64,000 bases of DNA from Peribolospora baueri (lineage: Eukaryota), in NCBI GenBank assembly GCA_029717555.1, contig JAMDHS010000096.1:1-64000 (forward strand). The letters are read 5' to 3'. Under the pieces are notes generated by a model. It was not told the DNA's origin. It saw nothing but the letters and a program-made list of their open reading frames with translations, and did not search any database. Positions 14,689 to 27,527 of this stretch are shown piece by piece. Position 1 is the stretch's first letter; the number at the start of each line of letters is the position of its first letter. The translations under genes and the position numbers were made by a program.

Positions 14689-17600
14689 ACCAACGACGGC
14701 GATGAGGCTGTGATCAACGGCTGCGCCTGTCCACCAGGGATTATTGAGTCGCTCCAAAAGCAGGACAACCAACTGGAGCGCTTGGCAGAGCATATTACCA
14801 CTCGTAAGTTTGAGCTGAAAACGGAATAATCTGGGGAGATCTTTCTTTGAGCTGGCTGTCGACGGGCACTGAGAACGATAGCAAAAATATTCTCTCCTTC
14901 AATCCTACTTTCCTCGTTTCTTTCACTTTCTTTCTCTGCTCGCTTTGCAGCGCTGGTTCCCCTTCCGAACGGGCCGAGGGAAAAAAACAGAGATGATCAA
15001 GAGGGTTGGTAGTGTCAATGAGGGCGGTGGGTGGCCGAGAAAGAGTTAAATCGCTCATCGCCATCGGTACCTCCACAACCTTTACTTTAGCCTGGGCTCC
15101 GCTGCTTCGTCTCGTCAAGAGCAAAACTGACGAAGACTGCACCAACTTGCGAGACAACATCGATGCCTCGCTAATCTTCATTGGTCTGTTCTCAGCCGTC
15201 GTCATTGCTTTCCTCATCGAGTCCTATAAAAGGTCTACGACGTGACCAGGTGAGGGCTATATGTTGTCTGTTTCGATCAATATCGCTATGTTATGACCGG
15301 CGATGGAAATCGGTCTCATGCCGGTCGACGCCTCCAACTTCTCGCCCACGGCGCTCGAACAATCCTGTCTCGATCGCTTCTCCAAGCTCCTCACCGCCGG
15401 CGGCACCCACTTCACCGTGCTGGAGCCGCGGGCGATGCAAGCGAAGCGGTGGGAGAAGACGGCGTGGAACGCGGCGTGGAACGGCATCACCGCCGTCACC
15501 CAATCCCCCACCGGATACTACTTTGCCGCCTCCGCCCCGCACTCCATCGACGTTGCCCTCGCGATCATGGCAGAGGTCGTGGCCGTCGCCAGGGCGCTCG
15601 GCTTGCCGCTGGACGAAGGGCCAGGGCGCAGGAGAAGGTGGTCGGCCCGGCGGGGCTGATGAGCAGCATGATGGAGGACGTGAAGAGGGGCAGGGAAACC
15701 GAGGTGGAGGTGCGTTCGCCGCCCGCGCCTCTCGCTCGCCTCGTCTCCGTACTTCCCGCTCCGCGGTCGGATCCGTTCCAATGGGATCGCTCTGACCTTC
15801 CTCTCCCATCGCCTCCCCACAGGTCATCCACGGCAACGTCCTCCGCAAGGCCAAGGCGCTCGGCATCTCCACTCCGGTGCTCCAAACCATCTATACGCTC
15901 GTCAAAGCCATCGACGACCGCAACAAGAGGGAGAAGGCGCATCCCACCGCGGGCAACCTTTGAAGCCGCCCCAAGCCGCCCCGCCCCGCCTTCCCTCTTC
16001 GCCTAGTCCCCCACGTCCATGGAAGGTTGAGAAATCGATGGACGAAGAAGTAAAGCCGACAGGCGAAGAGCACCCAGGTGTTGGTGAAGGGAGAGTCCCG
16101 GAACCACAGGCCATGTGCAAAAAGGGCGAAGACCGTTATCGGAACGAAAAGAGCGTAGGCTGCCCATAATATGAGGCTCGCTAACAGCATCTCGCGTGAG
16201 CCAGATACGGGGGCAATCAGACCCCAGAGCCAGATAAAGAACCCCAAGGCGAAGGAAAAGATAGCCAATTGTAAGATGGATGGGACGAGCCTGACCGCGA
16301 TTGGCAAGTATTTCTTGGCCAGCTTGAGGCGGGAGAGCTGTCTGCATGTTCTCTTGGCCACCTCGTCCTGAGGCATGGCGGATAGGCTTGCCAATCAACG
16401 CCGGCACATGAGCGCGAGTACTGCACTGCTTAAAGAGAGAACAAGGGCTGCAATGACGAAAAAATTAACGCGGGCGTCTCCGAGTGCCGGCTGAAAGGTA
16501 GCGTCGTCCAGGTCCTCTATCGGGGTGACCGAAACAGCTTGTCCAAGGTAGACCAGAGTAAGGTTACGTAGCAGGTCATTGGCCAACCTGCTCTGTCACT
16601 CAAATGATGGACTTGCGGTGAGACTGTGGAGGCAGTCTCTGTCAAAGCCCAGGCTTTTGTGGAGCTATTGCAAGACCTAGACGCACCTAACGAGCTCGAC
16701 CAGGTGTCAGGGGCGGTTCAGTCTTTCGTCATGAGGAACGAGGATTTAATTGCCGTTCTAAAGAAGCTTCTGTATCGGGGAGGCGAACTCTCTGCCTACA
16801 ACGCTTGTTCGACGATCCGCAATTCGGAACGACCACTCGAGTGCAGGAAGTCCCTCAGCCGTGTTCTCTACGACACAACGCTCAAATCCAACGTTCGTCT
16901 TAACCGCTCTCTCATGCTCTACTATGTCGGCGCGGCTGCCGCCTTTCTTCCGGAGGACCTTCGCACACCTAAAGAAAATGCTACGCTCACCCAGAATCTG
17001 ACGGCGATACTTAAGCTCATAGAGCCTTCCCGACCGTACTTGGATGGGCGCGCAGACACCGCTATCTGGGGCGATCTCATGGACTTGGCGCGCATAGCGC
17101 TCCAGGTCGTATTTCCAGACGGTTACGTATGCACAATCACTTATCGACACGAAGCCACAAGACGTACCGGTAGTCGTACGTTCGCTTTGGAGTTCCACGG
17201 CCGACGATGGGTAGGACTCTTGGCGTCTTTCTTGCAGTTGCAGCCCAAAGACACCCTCCTGGCCCTACAGGAGGTACGCCGGCAGCCACAAATGATTTAT
17301 TGGCAAAGTTCTGTCTTGTGGCGTAAGGTCGCGCTTACTGTTCCTCCACCGGATGAGAACGTAACTTTCGTGAGTGCACAGGTTGTTGAGCTCTTGCGGC
17401 CCGACCGTAATCAATGTGCTGACCTTCAGTATTTGGAAGATGCAATCCGTCGTTGACAGCGTCAAGAGCAATGAGAATTTTTGCCGCGAGCATTTGCATT
17501 TGGATCTGAAGTTCCTTGATGCATACCTTTTGGAGCTCTTTTATCAAAGTGATGAGGACGGCAAACTCTCACGCACGTCTGGTCTCTCGATGCTGTTGTC

Positions 17601-17900
17601 AGGCCCTGACAATGCGAATTCATACGGGCCAGCCTTACCTACATCGCTTTACTTTGAAGACGCCTTATGTGTCAAATGGTGGGCGCAGTGTGCGGCTGTG
17701 CTAGGTACCCCGAATGACTTTGAAGACCTGGACAACCTCCGAGCTTTTGTCTCAGACAATCCCTCTCTGGTCAAGGAGCTCGATGCGGCTCGATCGGCGA
17801 TTAAAGGTGAAGCCATTCACAGCTTCCTGCATTTTTCTAGACGATGAGTTCCAGCTAATCATAAGGTTTGCTCGACAAATCGCCAGTTCAACACCTAGCC
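14689..17900 (+). pseudogene. Rearranged DUF6535-family membrane-protein pseudogene
   Basis: AWAPLLRLV...DNIDASLIFIGLFSAVVIAFLIESY at about 15090-15230 (+) is DUF6535-like, and a frameshift follows. The middle TM exons lie on the minus strand (16021-16592) and contain a TGA where Trp is expected. The C-terminal ORFs 16626-17456 and 17374-17847 are on +. Confidence 0.7.
15303..15963 (+). pseudogene. 5'-truncated ketopantoate reductase (PanE/ApbA C-terminal domain) fragment
   Basis: RWEKTAWNAAWNGITAV, IMAEVVAVARALG, a frameshift at about 15620, then SSMMEDVKRGRETEVE, intron 15710-15822 and VIHGNVLRKAKALGISTPVLQTIYTLVKAID. No N-terminal GxGxxG domain is present. Confidence 0.8.
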
Positions 17901-19051
17901 TAGTCCTGCTGAATAGCATCCCTCTCGACCTGCATGTGGTCCCTGCGCCTGTCAACATGGGAAAACTTGGGCCGGGCAGGGGGAGCGAATGGAATTGTGA
18001 CGGAGACAAAGGGATTAGGGGGAGAAGTGTTAGAGTGAGCTCGGCCGGCCTTCCTAGCGGACGCAACTGCGCTTGTACGGGACGGCGGTTTCAACGAAGC
18101 GACGGCTCTGTCTGGTCAGCCACCTTCATTCTCCTGTCGGTCACGTTCCCATGGCCCAATAGCACGACAATCTTGCTACCGGAGCGTGCGCAAAGGTAGG
18201 CTCTCACTCACGATTTAGTGCAGCTAGCTCCTCCGAACGAGCTCCAGAAGGCGAGGCAACCATAGCAACGTCTGGGCCGTCCATGGCGGAGTCGGCGACG
18301 CAAGGTGAGGTGCGTGTCGTAGACGAACTCGAGGCAAGTCACTGAAGGTCGATGAAATGGAATATATTCCACGCGGGAGCTGCTCCTTGGATGTAGTTAC
18401 AGGCTCGGCGATGGTTTTCCTCGTGGAGACTGGATATGCGAGGCGTATCCCTCGTGGACCTTACGGCCCTCACAGACAGATCTCTTCTACCTCGTCAGCG
18501 TATGGCTAGCTTGGCTTCGAGCGTTTGAAATACGGGTGAACAATAGAGCGGCGAGCATCATCTCTGTGGCGCGCTAGGTGCTCCTGATATGTATGCAATA
18601 GTGCGATGTAGGCGCTACGATGGGCGATGGTTGTCCTAACGCCGTGATCTGATACTCTGCTTGTGGTACGCCGCGTAGGATTGGCAGACCACTAACATAC
18701 GATCGTGCCCGCGCTCGTCATCGTCGCTCTGAATGAGGATAGAAGGGTGGTGGCCTGTTTGCCATCCTCCAGATCAACATATGTTGGCGAGGCCGGTCCT
18801 CGGCGTGATGGAGGTTGAGCATAGAGCGAGGCCGAGCCGGGCGCAGCCCAACCGGCAACGATTCAACCGCCGTTGCGCTGCGGAGTTGTTAAAGGCGAGG
18901 CGACGTCGTTCAGACCTCGCACAACGTCCAACACCACCGCCGTCGTCAAAGGCGGCGTCGAGCAGAGGCGCAGCGTCGCATCTTCGTATACTTAGGCGAC
19001 GCTTGCTCGGCCCCCCTTTCCTTCCCTTCACCCCTCTCCTAACCCGCCACC

Positions 19052-21712
19052 ATGTCCGACCCCGACGAGCCACACCGATTAGAAGCCGGAACATCGGCGC
19101 CGGCAACAGCGGCTTCAACCCGGCCCAATGACGACCACGACGGCGACGATGGCACCCGGCTCGACAGAACACCGCCAGACGACATCAAGCCAGACCTCCT
19201 GCTGGTCAACAAGGACGGCGGTGTAGACGTCTCGACCATGTTCGACACACTCCCCTCTCACCGACCGGTGTCTGCCTCGTCCTCTCGCTCTTATCTCGAC
19301 CCTTACCCTCTCACAGCCGCTGCGGAGGAACACCTATTGTGTCGGCTCTCTTCCCTCCAAGACACCAAAGTCGGAAGGATCATATCGAGATGCCATGCAT
19401 GGCTCAAAGGACCGCGTCCCCCCCGAGAGCTCAAGATACGTCACTACCGATGGTGGCCGCTGGGATCGGTTGAGGCGCGCTGGATGCGACTTACGAGGCC
19501 GATTGCCGGTACCAGTGGCGGCTTGCTGCATTGGACGCTGCTGTTCATCGTCTATGTCGCCTGGCTGATCGGCGTCTCAGTGCTAGTTAGCAAGATTTGG
19601 TATAACGCCAACACGGACGTTGGACCAGCGCAGCCTGTGAGTGAAAGTTAAGCCCGGGAGGGGAGCCCTGCCCTTGGACGAGCACTCACATGGTCGTACC
19701 TTTACCGCCCTATCCAGATCGACTGTACCGCCACGTTCTGGAATCGCAATGAACAATGCGGGCTCGACGGCACCCTCTGTGCCCCGCTTTCCAATACCTC
19801 CTTCCCTTTTCGCTGTCCAGAAGGCTGCCGCTCCGTAACGCTTCTCAACCCGCGTGCGGTAGGCGACCTTTCACTGAACTACGTCCCTCTCGTCGTCGGA
19901 GGCGGAGATCAGCTGGGCACCTATCGGGGTGACAGCTTCATTTGCGCTGCCGCCATTCATGCGGGAGTGTATGACGGAAATAGAGGAGGCTGCGGGGCGG
20001 TAGCGACGACGGGCACGTATAGCAACTTCATCGGCGCTTCAAAGAATGGCCTCGACTCTATACCATTCGATAGTATTTTTCCTTCGAGCTTTCGCTTCGT
20101 CGACGTCGACTCCGAGCTTTGTCAGGACCGTCGATGGGACGTACTGGCTATGAACCTCGTCATGACTGTTCTCGTCAGTTTGTTGCTCCGCCCCAAGCCG
20201 ATCGTTTACTTTTGGACATTGTTGTGCGTCGGATACTGGCACGTTACGTTTTCAAGCGAGCCAAGGACATATCCCCGTGAGTAGCGGCCTCTCCTGGTTT
20301 TAACTATCGTCATCGGCGTTCTTCGTTCAGCTCATCGTTCACTCTTTTGATTTCTTCACCAGCCGACATCACTGGTGCCATCGCAGACTTTCTTCCCACC
20401 TTGTTTGTTGGTTACGCAATCTGGCGCTCAGCGTTCCGACATGTCTTGCCGGCCTTCGAAACTTTCCCGCTGGAGAAGACGGCTCTCTATCTCGCTGGCT
20501 TCTGGGTTGGCGTGCTGCTGAACGTACGTTCATCAGGAGAAAACGGTGACGCCTTCTCATACGCTGGTTTCTTTTTACTTATCATCTCGTCACTCATTGG
20601 GAATTTGCAGGTCACCTTCGGCGCAATCCCAATCCAAACATTAACACCACGCGCCATTCGTCAGCAACCTGGAGGCATCACAGCCGTCATCATTGGCTCC
20701 ATCGTTGTCTTCCTCATCGCGTTGAACCAGGTCAGAGTGATTAGGAAGACGGGGTGGCTCCCATACTATCTGTTCTGGTAAATCCTTTCTTTCCCCACTG
20801 CTTGGCTCTGAGCTCGTGACTGATTAAGCCGAACTACCCTCATGTAATCGTTCACAGGTACATTACAGGCGGCGTCGTGATTGGAATCCTTTGCGCCATC
20901 CCGACTCTGGTGTTCCGGTAAGTCCTGCCTTGTCCGGCTATCGAAGTCTGGCCGTGACAGCTTACATGCCTACGAACGATCCTCCGCGTCAGCTTTCACC
21001 ATTACATTGCCGCGCTGGCCCTTCTACCTGGTACTGCCTTCCCGACGCGCCTAGCTGGCCTATACCAAGGCTTTCTTCTAGGCATGTTCCTCAACGGTGT
21101 GGCGCGATGGTCCTACGACGGCATTTTGGAGACCGTCGCACAGGTCGCCGGCGACGCTACGCTGGGCACAGACCTTCCCAGCTTCGTCACCGATGCTGCC
21201 AGCTGGGCGAAAAACGTGGGGCAGGTGGCCTGGAATGGCATACCGGCTAATCTCACCGGCAGCTGGGACGGCTTTATTCTCTTGGTGCGTTTGGCGAGAC
21301 GTTGTCATGATCCTGACGATCATGGGAGAGAGATTGACTTTCTTCACCCGCCTTTCGCTTCTGCTCCTGCAATGTTTGCTGGCATGACACTCAGGTGGAC
21401 GACGTGGAGCGCTACGCAGGGCCTCTAACGTCCTACTCTCTCCAGTCGCTCGTCACCGTCTTCAATTCCACCCTTTTCGCATCAACCGCCGGCCCTTCAC
21501 TCGGCCCAAGCGCTAACTCCTCCATTACCCAGATCAACATTCCTTTCGCACTGCCACCTTCATGGGGGTTGCTCAACACTACCCTATTGGAAGACTTGCC
21601 TCATTACTTCCGCTTGGCGTACACGCTTCAAGGCGTCGCTGGGGATTTCACGCACGCCGCCAAGGCCTTCAGTAATGGCACCTGGATCCCTCCTGTCGAC
21701 GGGCCGACATAG
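19052..21712 (+). CDS. LCCL-domain multi-pass membrane protein
   Basis: CTATFWNRNEQCGLDGTLC, FRCPEGC, LNPRAVG, YVPLVVGGG and YRGDSFICAAAIHAGV (LCCL), followed by several TM segments and ending YFRLAY...GDFTHA. Confidence 0.9.
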
Positions 21713-22239
21713 TGTGGAGCCATTCTTTTTTTTTCCTCTGCTTCTTCTTCTTCGTCTTCCTCCATCCTTCGAACCTCGGACCCCTCCTAGTTGTATTCCC
21801 TTCCTTGTGTATTATCAAATATGGACAGGGTGGACGGACGTATGCCGGAATGGATGTGTTCACGCCCTTTAGGTTTGTTTGTTTGTTTTTTTTTCATGCT
21901 TTCGTGGAAACCTCCTCTTATGAGAGTAAGCTGCGTATTTCCTCAAAGGCTCTTCGCGACAGGTAGGGCGGAGAAGAGCAGGAGGGGCAAACAAGGTTCT
22001 ACACGGGGGTGACTTCGGCAGGCAATTGTCGCGCACGTCGCTTAAGACGTGGATGTGAAAGACCCCATTATGTAGCCTACAGGGGGAATGGGGAAGGGAG
22101 CGACCGCCAACACAGAGCAAGTACGTACGTGTGCGTAAGAATTGAACCCGATATTGAAAAGCCCAAACGAAAACGCCGGTGTCTCTTCACCACAAGCGCT
22201 TCCCCCTTGCCATGGCCAAGCGTCGTCCATTTTATTACG

Positions 22240-25060
22240 TTACGGAGGCCCTGAACGGGAAGAGGGAAAAAACCTCGCATTGGGCGCGCTCGGCAGGGGA
22301 GGAATAGCACCCTGACCCCCCTGAATCATCGAACCCATGGCCCCGGACCCGCCGCCAGGCCAGCCTATAGGGACGCCTGGAACGCTGACGCCGAGTGGAG
22401 GAACAGGCGACACCATGTCTTGCGGTTGCTGTTTTTCTGACATCCCCATCCCGGCCGTCGGAAACTGCGACGGGAGAGGCATTGATGCATGGCCGGGTGC
22501 GGCGGCCGCGGCACCGGCACCGACCGCAGCGGCGTTAGCGGCGGCAGCCGCCCTAGCCAAAGCGGTTTTAGCGAGCCGGCGCTCCAAGGCGACCCTCTGT
22601 GCCATGGCAGCGTGCTCACCGCTTATGCGGCTCTCCACTTGGCTCTGCGTCTGAGTAGGACTCGTGGAAGGACGGGCGGCGACGATGTCCCCCCCCGCGC
22701 CGACGCCGGTCAGTCGCGTGACAGTAGCGGAGGATGGAGAAACGTGATCTGCTCCTCGAGCTGGTGGAGATTTCGGTCGGAGAGCATCTATCTCTTCAAG
22801 ATGCGAAAAAAGGGCGCAAGGTCGGCGACAAGGACGTTTGTAAGATGAATATTTGTGGGAGGGGAGATTGAATCGATAACCGCGCTCGATCTGCAGCTGA
22901 TGGATCGAGAACAACGAAAGAAGCCCACTTACCCGCTGTTAATGGGACCAAGTTTTTCCGGTCTTTGAGCTCACACCCGGGCGGATCGATGCCAAAACAA
23001 GCGTCGTATTCCTCCTTCCTATACTCCCTCGCGCCTTCCAAGAGCCGTAACTGCTCTCGAACCTCTGCCGCAGTCCTTGGATCGGAAGGACCGGCGGCGG
23101 CGGCGTCGAGGGCCGCCGTGGGCCCCACGTCTAAGCCGATCGTGAGCCATCCTCGACGAAGACAGCGATTAGATCCGAACAGCTCCAAGCGACGTGTGCC
23201 GAGGCAGAAGTTCTCGATGAGGTTGTAAAGCTCTGGAGGCTTGGCGGTCGGGTCTACCGTGTTAAGTCAACGCCGACGGTGACAAAACGGGATTCAGAAG
23301 GGGTGGTCGACAAACATTGATTGAGAGGGTTCTGCCATCTCTGCCAAAAAGGCTCACCGCCATCTACGCCCTCCCACACGATGACATCCGTATCGATGTT
23401 GCAATGGACAAAATTGAAATCGGTCGCTCGTCGAACCGTTCCCCGAATGCCCATTAAACAGTGCTGCTTTGTGTGTGTGAGGAGAGAAGTGGTGGGACGC
23501 TCGGACTAAGGGGCCGCGCATGGGAAAGGTGTGAGGGACGCAGAACGGTTGGATGACGAGGTGAGATCGGCGCCAAAGGAAAAGAACTTACTCCATGTGC
23601 CACTCTCCGTTCGTTCGTTTGACACCAGACTATATCTTCGCAGCGCCTTGGAAGGGAACAGAAAAAAAAAGATGAGAGCGGAGCTCATACAAATCGCGTG
23701 TTTTTATCGTGGTCGCAGTCATGCATGCCAATTCTCACCTATACCCCCATCTCGCCAAAATTTCCCGCCCTTTCTCCAGCCCGTCGTCGCTCCCATTTCC
23801 AACCCAAAGAAACACAAAACTCTCCTTAGCGGAGATGAGCGGCACGGGCAGCGCAGCGATCTCCTTCCAGCTCCAAGGCTTCCTCAGCTCCGCCCCATCT
23901 GTCGCCTCCGTCGTCTTCTTGTCTGCGCCTTCCGAAGAAGAATGGGAAGATGCGAGAGCGCAACCCACGCTTTCGCGCGCATACATCTGCAGGGGAGGAT
24001 CAATGAGCACGACGTCGTACTTGATAGGGAGGAGAGTGGAGAGGTTGAAAGCCCCCCGGGAAGGGAAAGGCCGCAGGTTGGCGCGCTGGTAGGTGGGCGG
24101 ACAGGCTGTTTGGGAGACTTGCTGGTCTTTAAGAGTTACAAGACGGCTGAGCTTCGGATATCTGAAGAAAGATGAAGCACCATAAGGTGAATCAACAAAG
24201 GACAACGAAACGAATCTATCATCAAGATCATTCCCATCAAAGAGATGGTTGTGAATCGCACGGCCGACTCACTCAGCAAAGCGTGTCTCGGCATAAGGAT
24301 TCTGAATGAAATTTTGAGGCCGTCGACCGGTATCGACGTAATTCTGGGAATAATCATTCCGGAGCGTCTCTTCTTCTGGGATCTGTTGGAGGGAAAAGTT
24401 TGAGTCGGTGGGAGGTTGGCGGCCGCAGCCCGTGCAAGAAGGAAAAGTCGTGCGAAGGAAACACAGATGGAGCGGAACGTTCGTCCATTGACGCGAACAT
24501 GCCCGCGATACTAACAGACCAAGGGACAGTACAAGTGCGACCTAGGAGAAGACTCATGACGGAACACTCACATAGTTCGGACCAAACCTGCTCGCCCGAT
24601 ATACTTTGTCAGCAGGGATGGGATTAGGATTTCGAGCGAGGTTCCTCTGGGTGTTGGTGGGTCGGATGATCTCCGTCGACGGGGCAAGAGGAAGCGTTTG
24701 TCGCGGCGCCTTTTCAGGGCTCGCCATGCCTGACTTCTGCTGCCGCTGCTGCTGGTTGCGCGTGCCATCTTCCGGGCCCTCGTCGGTGGTGGTTTCCTCT
24801 CCATGCCCTCCCGCATCGTCTCCGGTCTGCGGCGGGAGAGGACCATGCTCCACCAAACTTGGCCGTTTCCATAGCGCAGGCAATCTCTCTTCTCCGTTGC
24901 TCGTATTGATGCTTGCCCGAGCGATTGCCTCGTCGCCCAACATCTGCAGACTGGCCTCTAGCCTCCGGCGCTGCCGCTCCTTGATGGCTCGCCGGAAGTG
25001 GGCACGACCCGATGGGTCCAAGGGAGAAGAGGAGGAAAGCCGGAGAGGCCCGTCCATCAT
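22240..25060 (-). CDS. KAR4: MT-A70 family METTL14/Kar4-like non-catalytic m6A methyltransferase subunit
   Basis: [38 protein letters not shown] (not the catalytic DPPW), [61 protein letters not shown] and [10 protein letters not shown]. Confidence 0.9.
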
Positions 25061-25249
25061 GAAGGAAGGAGACTCGACCGTCAGGTGTCGGTATCGGTGT
25101 GAATGTCCGTCGGTGTTGTAACGTAAGACGCCTTGAGAAGATAAGGAAACGGAATTTCGTCGCCTTCGAGCAGCGTCGCTACTCGGGCTGATCGAGTCTA
25201 CTCCGGAATCGATGTGGGGTCTGGTCTTCTGGCCCAGTTATCCCCGCTT

Positions 25250-27527
25250 ATGTACGCCGTTACCCGCAAGAACGCGTATCCGCTCGTCCGCATCGACGAC
25301 TGCTACCAGATGTTGCAGGGTGCGCAGTTCTTCACTTCCTTTGACCTGAAGTCTGGGTACTTCCAGGTCTGCATCACCGATGGAGACAAGGAAAAGACGG
25401 CGTTCGTCAGCCGATACGGGCACTTTCAGTTCAATGTCATGCCCTTCGACCTTTTCAACGCGCCTGCAACTTTTCAAAATATGAACGCCATTCTTCGCCC
25501 GCACCTCGAGAAGGTCCTGCAAACGCTGTCCGAGCATCAGCTTGTCCTCAACGAGGCCAAATGCAAGTGGGCTCAACGCTCGATTAACTTTCTCGGGCAC
25601 ATCGTTGACGCTTAAGGGATACGCACCGATCCCGCCAAAATGTCTCGGGTCATCGACTGGCCCGTACCGACTAACGTCAGCGAGCTTCGAGGATTCGTCA
25701 ACCTGGCGGGGTACTACCGCCGCTTTATCCAAGGGTTTGTGACCAGCGTGGCACTCCTGCACACGCTGCTCAAGGGAGCCCCGAAGAAGAGAGCGGAGAT
25801 CCGATGGGACGATCGCGCACAGCGCGCATTCGACGCGCTGAAGAGAGCTCTTACGTCCACCCCGGTCCTCATTTACGCAATCCCCGGCCAGCGCTTCACC
25901 ATTGACACGTTGCCGTCGGTAGGATGGAAGGGAACATGAAAGCGGATCGCGCAGCTCTTCCAAACCCCTCCTGCAACGATCCGGGATCGACTGCCTTTGC
26001 CCGAGCCCATGGACCTCACGGTAATGCAGGAAGAACGGCGAACTTACTTCAACTGCGGACAGAAAGGTCACCTTTCCAGGGATTGTCGGTCGAAGAAGCC
26101 GACAAGCAGCATGAACAAAGAAGGCGCTACAAAAACGACACGACCTCGCGAGACTTTCGCCTCGCTGCGCGAATACCGTGTTCATCGACGATATGACCGA
26201 GGAAGTTGATTGATCGTTTCGCCCATCGTCATTTCGCCCTGTTGACGATGAGCTGGTTTTCAGCAAGCGTCCGAGGCACCTTGGCGACGTCGCGTACATG
26301 TTCCTCGGCTTTCTGGAGTAAATGATGACGTCGTCGAGATAGACCATGGCCCGGACGTCAAGATGAGGACGGAGGATGTCGTTCATCATATTCTGGAATG
26401 TGGCGGGCGCGTTTTAAAGCCCGAACGGCATCACCCGGAACCGAAAATGTCCGTATCAGCTTACGAAGGCCGTTTTCTCATGGACTCAGGAGCCAGCACG
26501 AATTTCATTGGTGCTGACTTCGTAAAGAAACAAGGACTTCCGATCGCACCCGCGAAAACTCGCGCTATCCGAGTGGCCGACACCGGGACGAGTACACCGA
26601 CGCAAGGACTCGTCATGGTTCCTCTTCGCATCAACGACTACGAGGACTATGTCCCCGCCTACGTCTTCCCGCTCTCAACCTTCGACGTTATCCTCGGGCA
26701 GCCGTGGATGGAGAAGAGGAGTGTCACTGCGGACTTCAAGAATGGGACATGGATAATCGAACACAACCAGCGCACCCACTTCCTGCAGGCCTTTGTAGCA
26801 GAGTCGGCGGAGGAAGGTCTACACTCTGCCGAATCCGCTGACACAGAGGCCGGCGACGTGCTTTCGGAGCGAATCCACAAGAGATGACGGAGAAATTCCC
26901 CCAGATCTTTCGCGACAAGGTCGGCTTCCCCCCAAAGCGTAAATGGGAGCACAGAATCGACACTGGGAACGCCGCCGGGATCCGTCAACCCATCCAACCG
27001 CACTCTCCTCCGGTGCACGAGGCGGTACGACCCTTCATCGACGAGGGACTGGCCGATGGGACGATCGAACCGGCCGACGGCTCTCCCTGGGGATCTCCCT
27101 TCACGCTCGTGCGGAAGAAGAACGGCGAGATCAGAGTCTGCTTGACTACCGGGCGCTCAAAGCCGTTACTAGAAAAAACGCTTACCCGCTAGTGCGGATC
27201 GACGATTGCTACCAAATGTTGAAGGGTGCAAGATTCACGTCGCTCGATCTGAAGTCGGGCTATTACCAAGTCCGTGTCGCCGAACAAGACCGTGAGTAAA
27301 CGGCCTTCGTAAGCCGATACGGACATTCAGTTCCGGCCCGTTCGGGCTTTGCAATGCGCCCGCCACATTCCAGAATACGATGAACGACATCCTCCGTCCT
27401 CATCTCGACGTCCGGGCCATGGTCTACCTCGACGACGTCATCATTTACTCCAGAACAGCCGAGGAACATGTACGCGACGTCGCCAAGGTGCTTTGGACGC
27501 TTGCTGAACACCAGCTCCTCGTCAACA
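25250..27527 (+). mobile_element. Degenerate, scrambled Ty3/Gypsy LTR-retrotransposon remnants
   Basis: An RT copy (YPLVRIDD, DLKSGYFQV, KTAF, MPF, NAPATFQ; GYYRRFI) at 25250-25910; gag PEPMDL plus a knuckle YFNCGQKGHLSRDC at about 26000-26090; an inverted RT piece at about 26165-26475; protease FLMDSGASTNFI...DVILGQPW; and a second RT with VYLDDVII. Stops and frameshifts occur throughout. I saw no integrase or LTRs. Confidence 0.93.

Noticed and set aside
22240..25060. MT-A70 gene as an active DNA/RNA methyltransferase or restriction-modification component
   Set aside because: It has DPPL rather than DPPW and METTL14/Kar4-specific motifs, so it is an ordinary eukaryotic gene.
25238..26389. 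383-aa minus-strand ORF starting with VYLDD as an intact reverse transcriptase
   Set aside because: Only the first ~27 residues are RT, from the inverted fragment. The rest is antisense read-through of other remnants.
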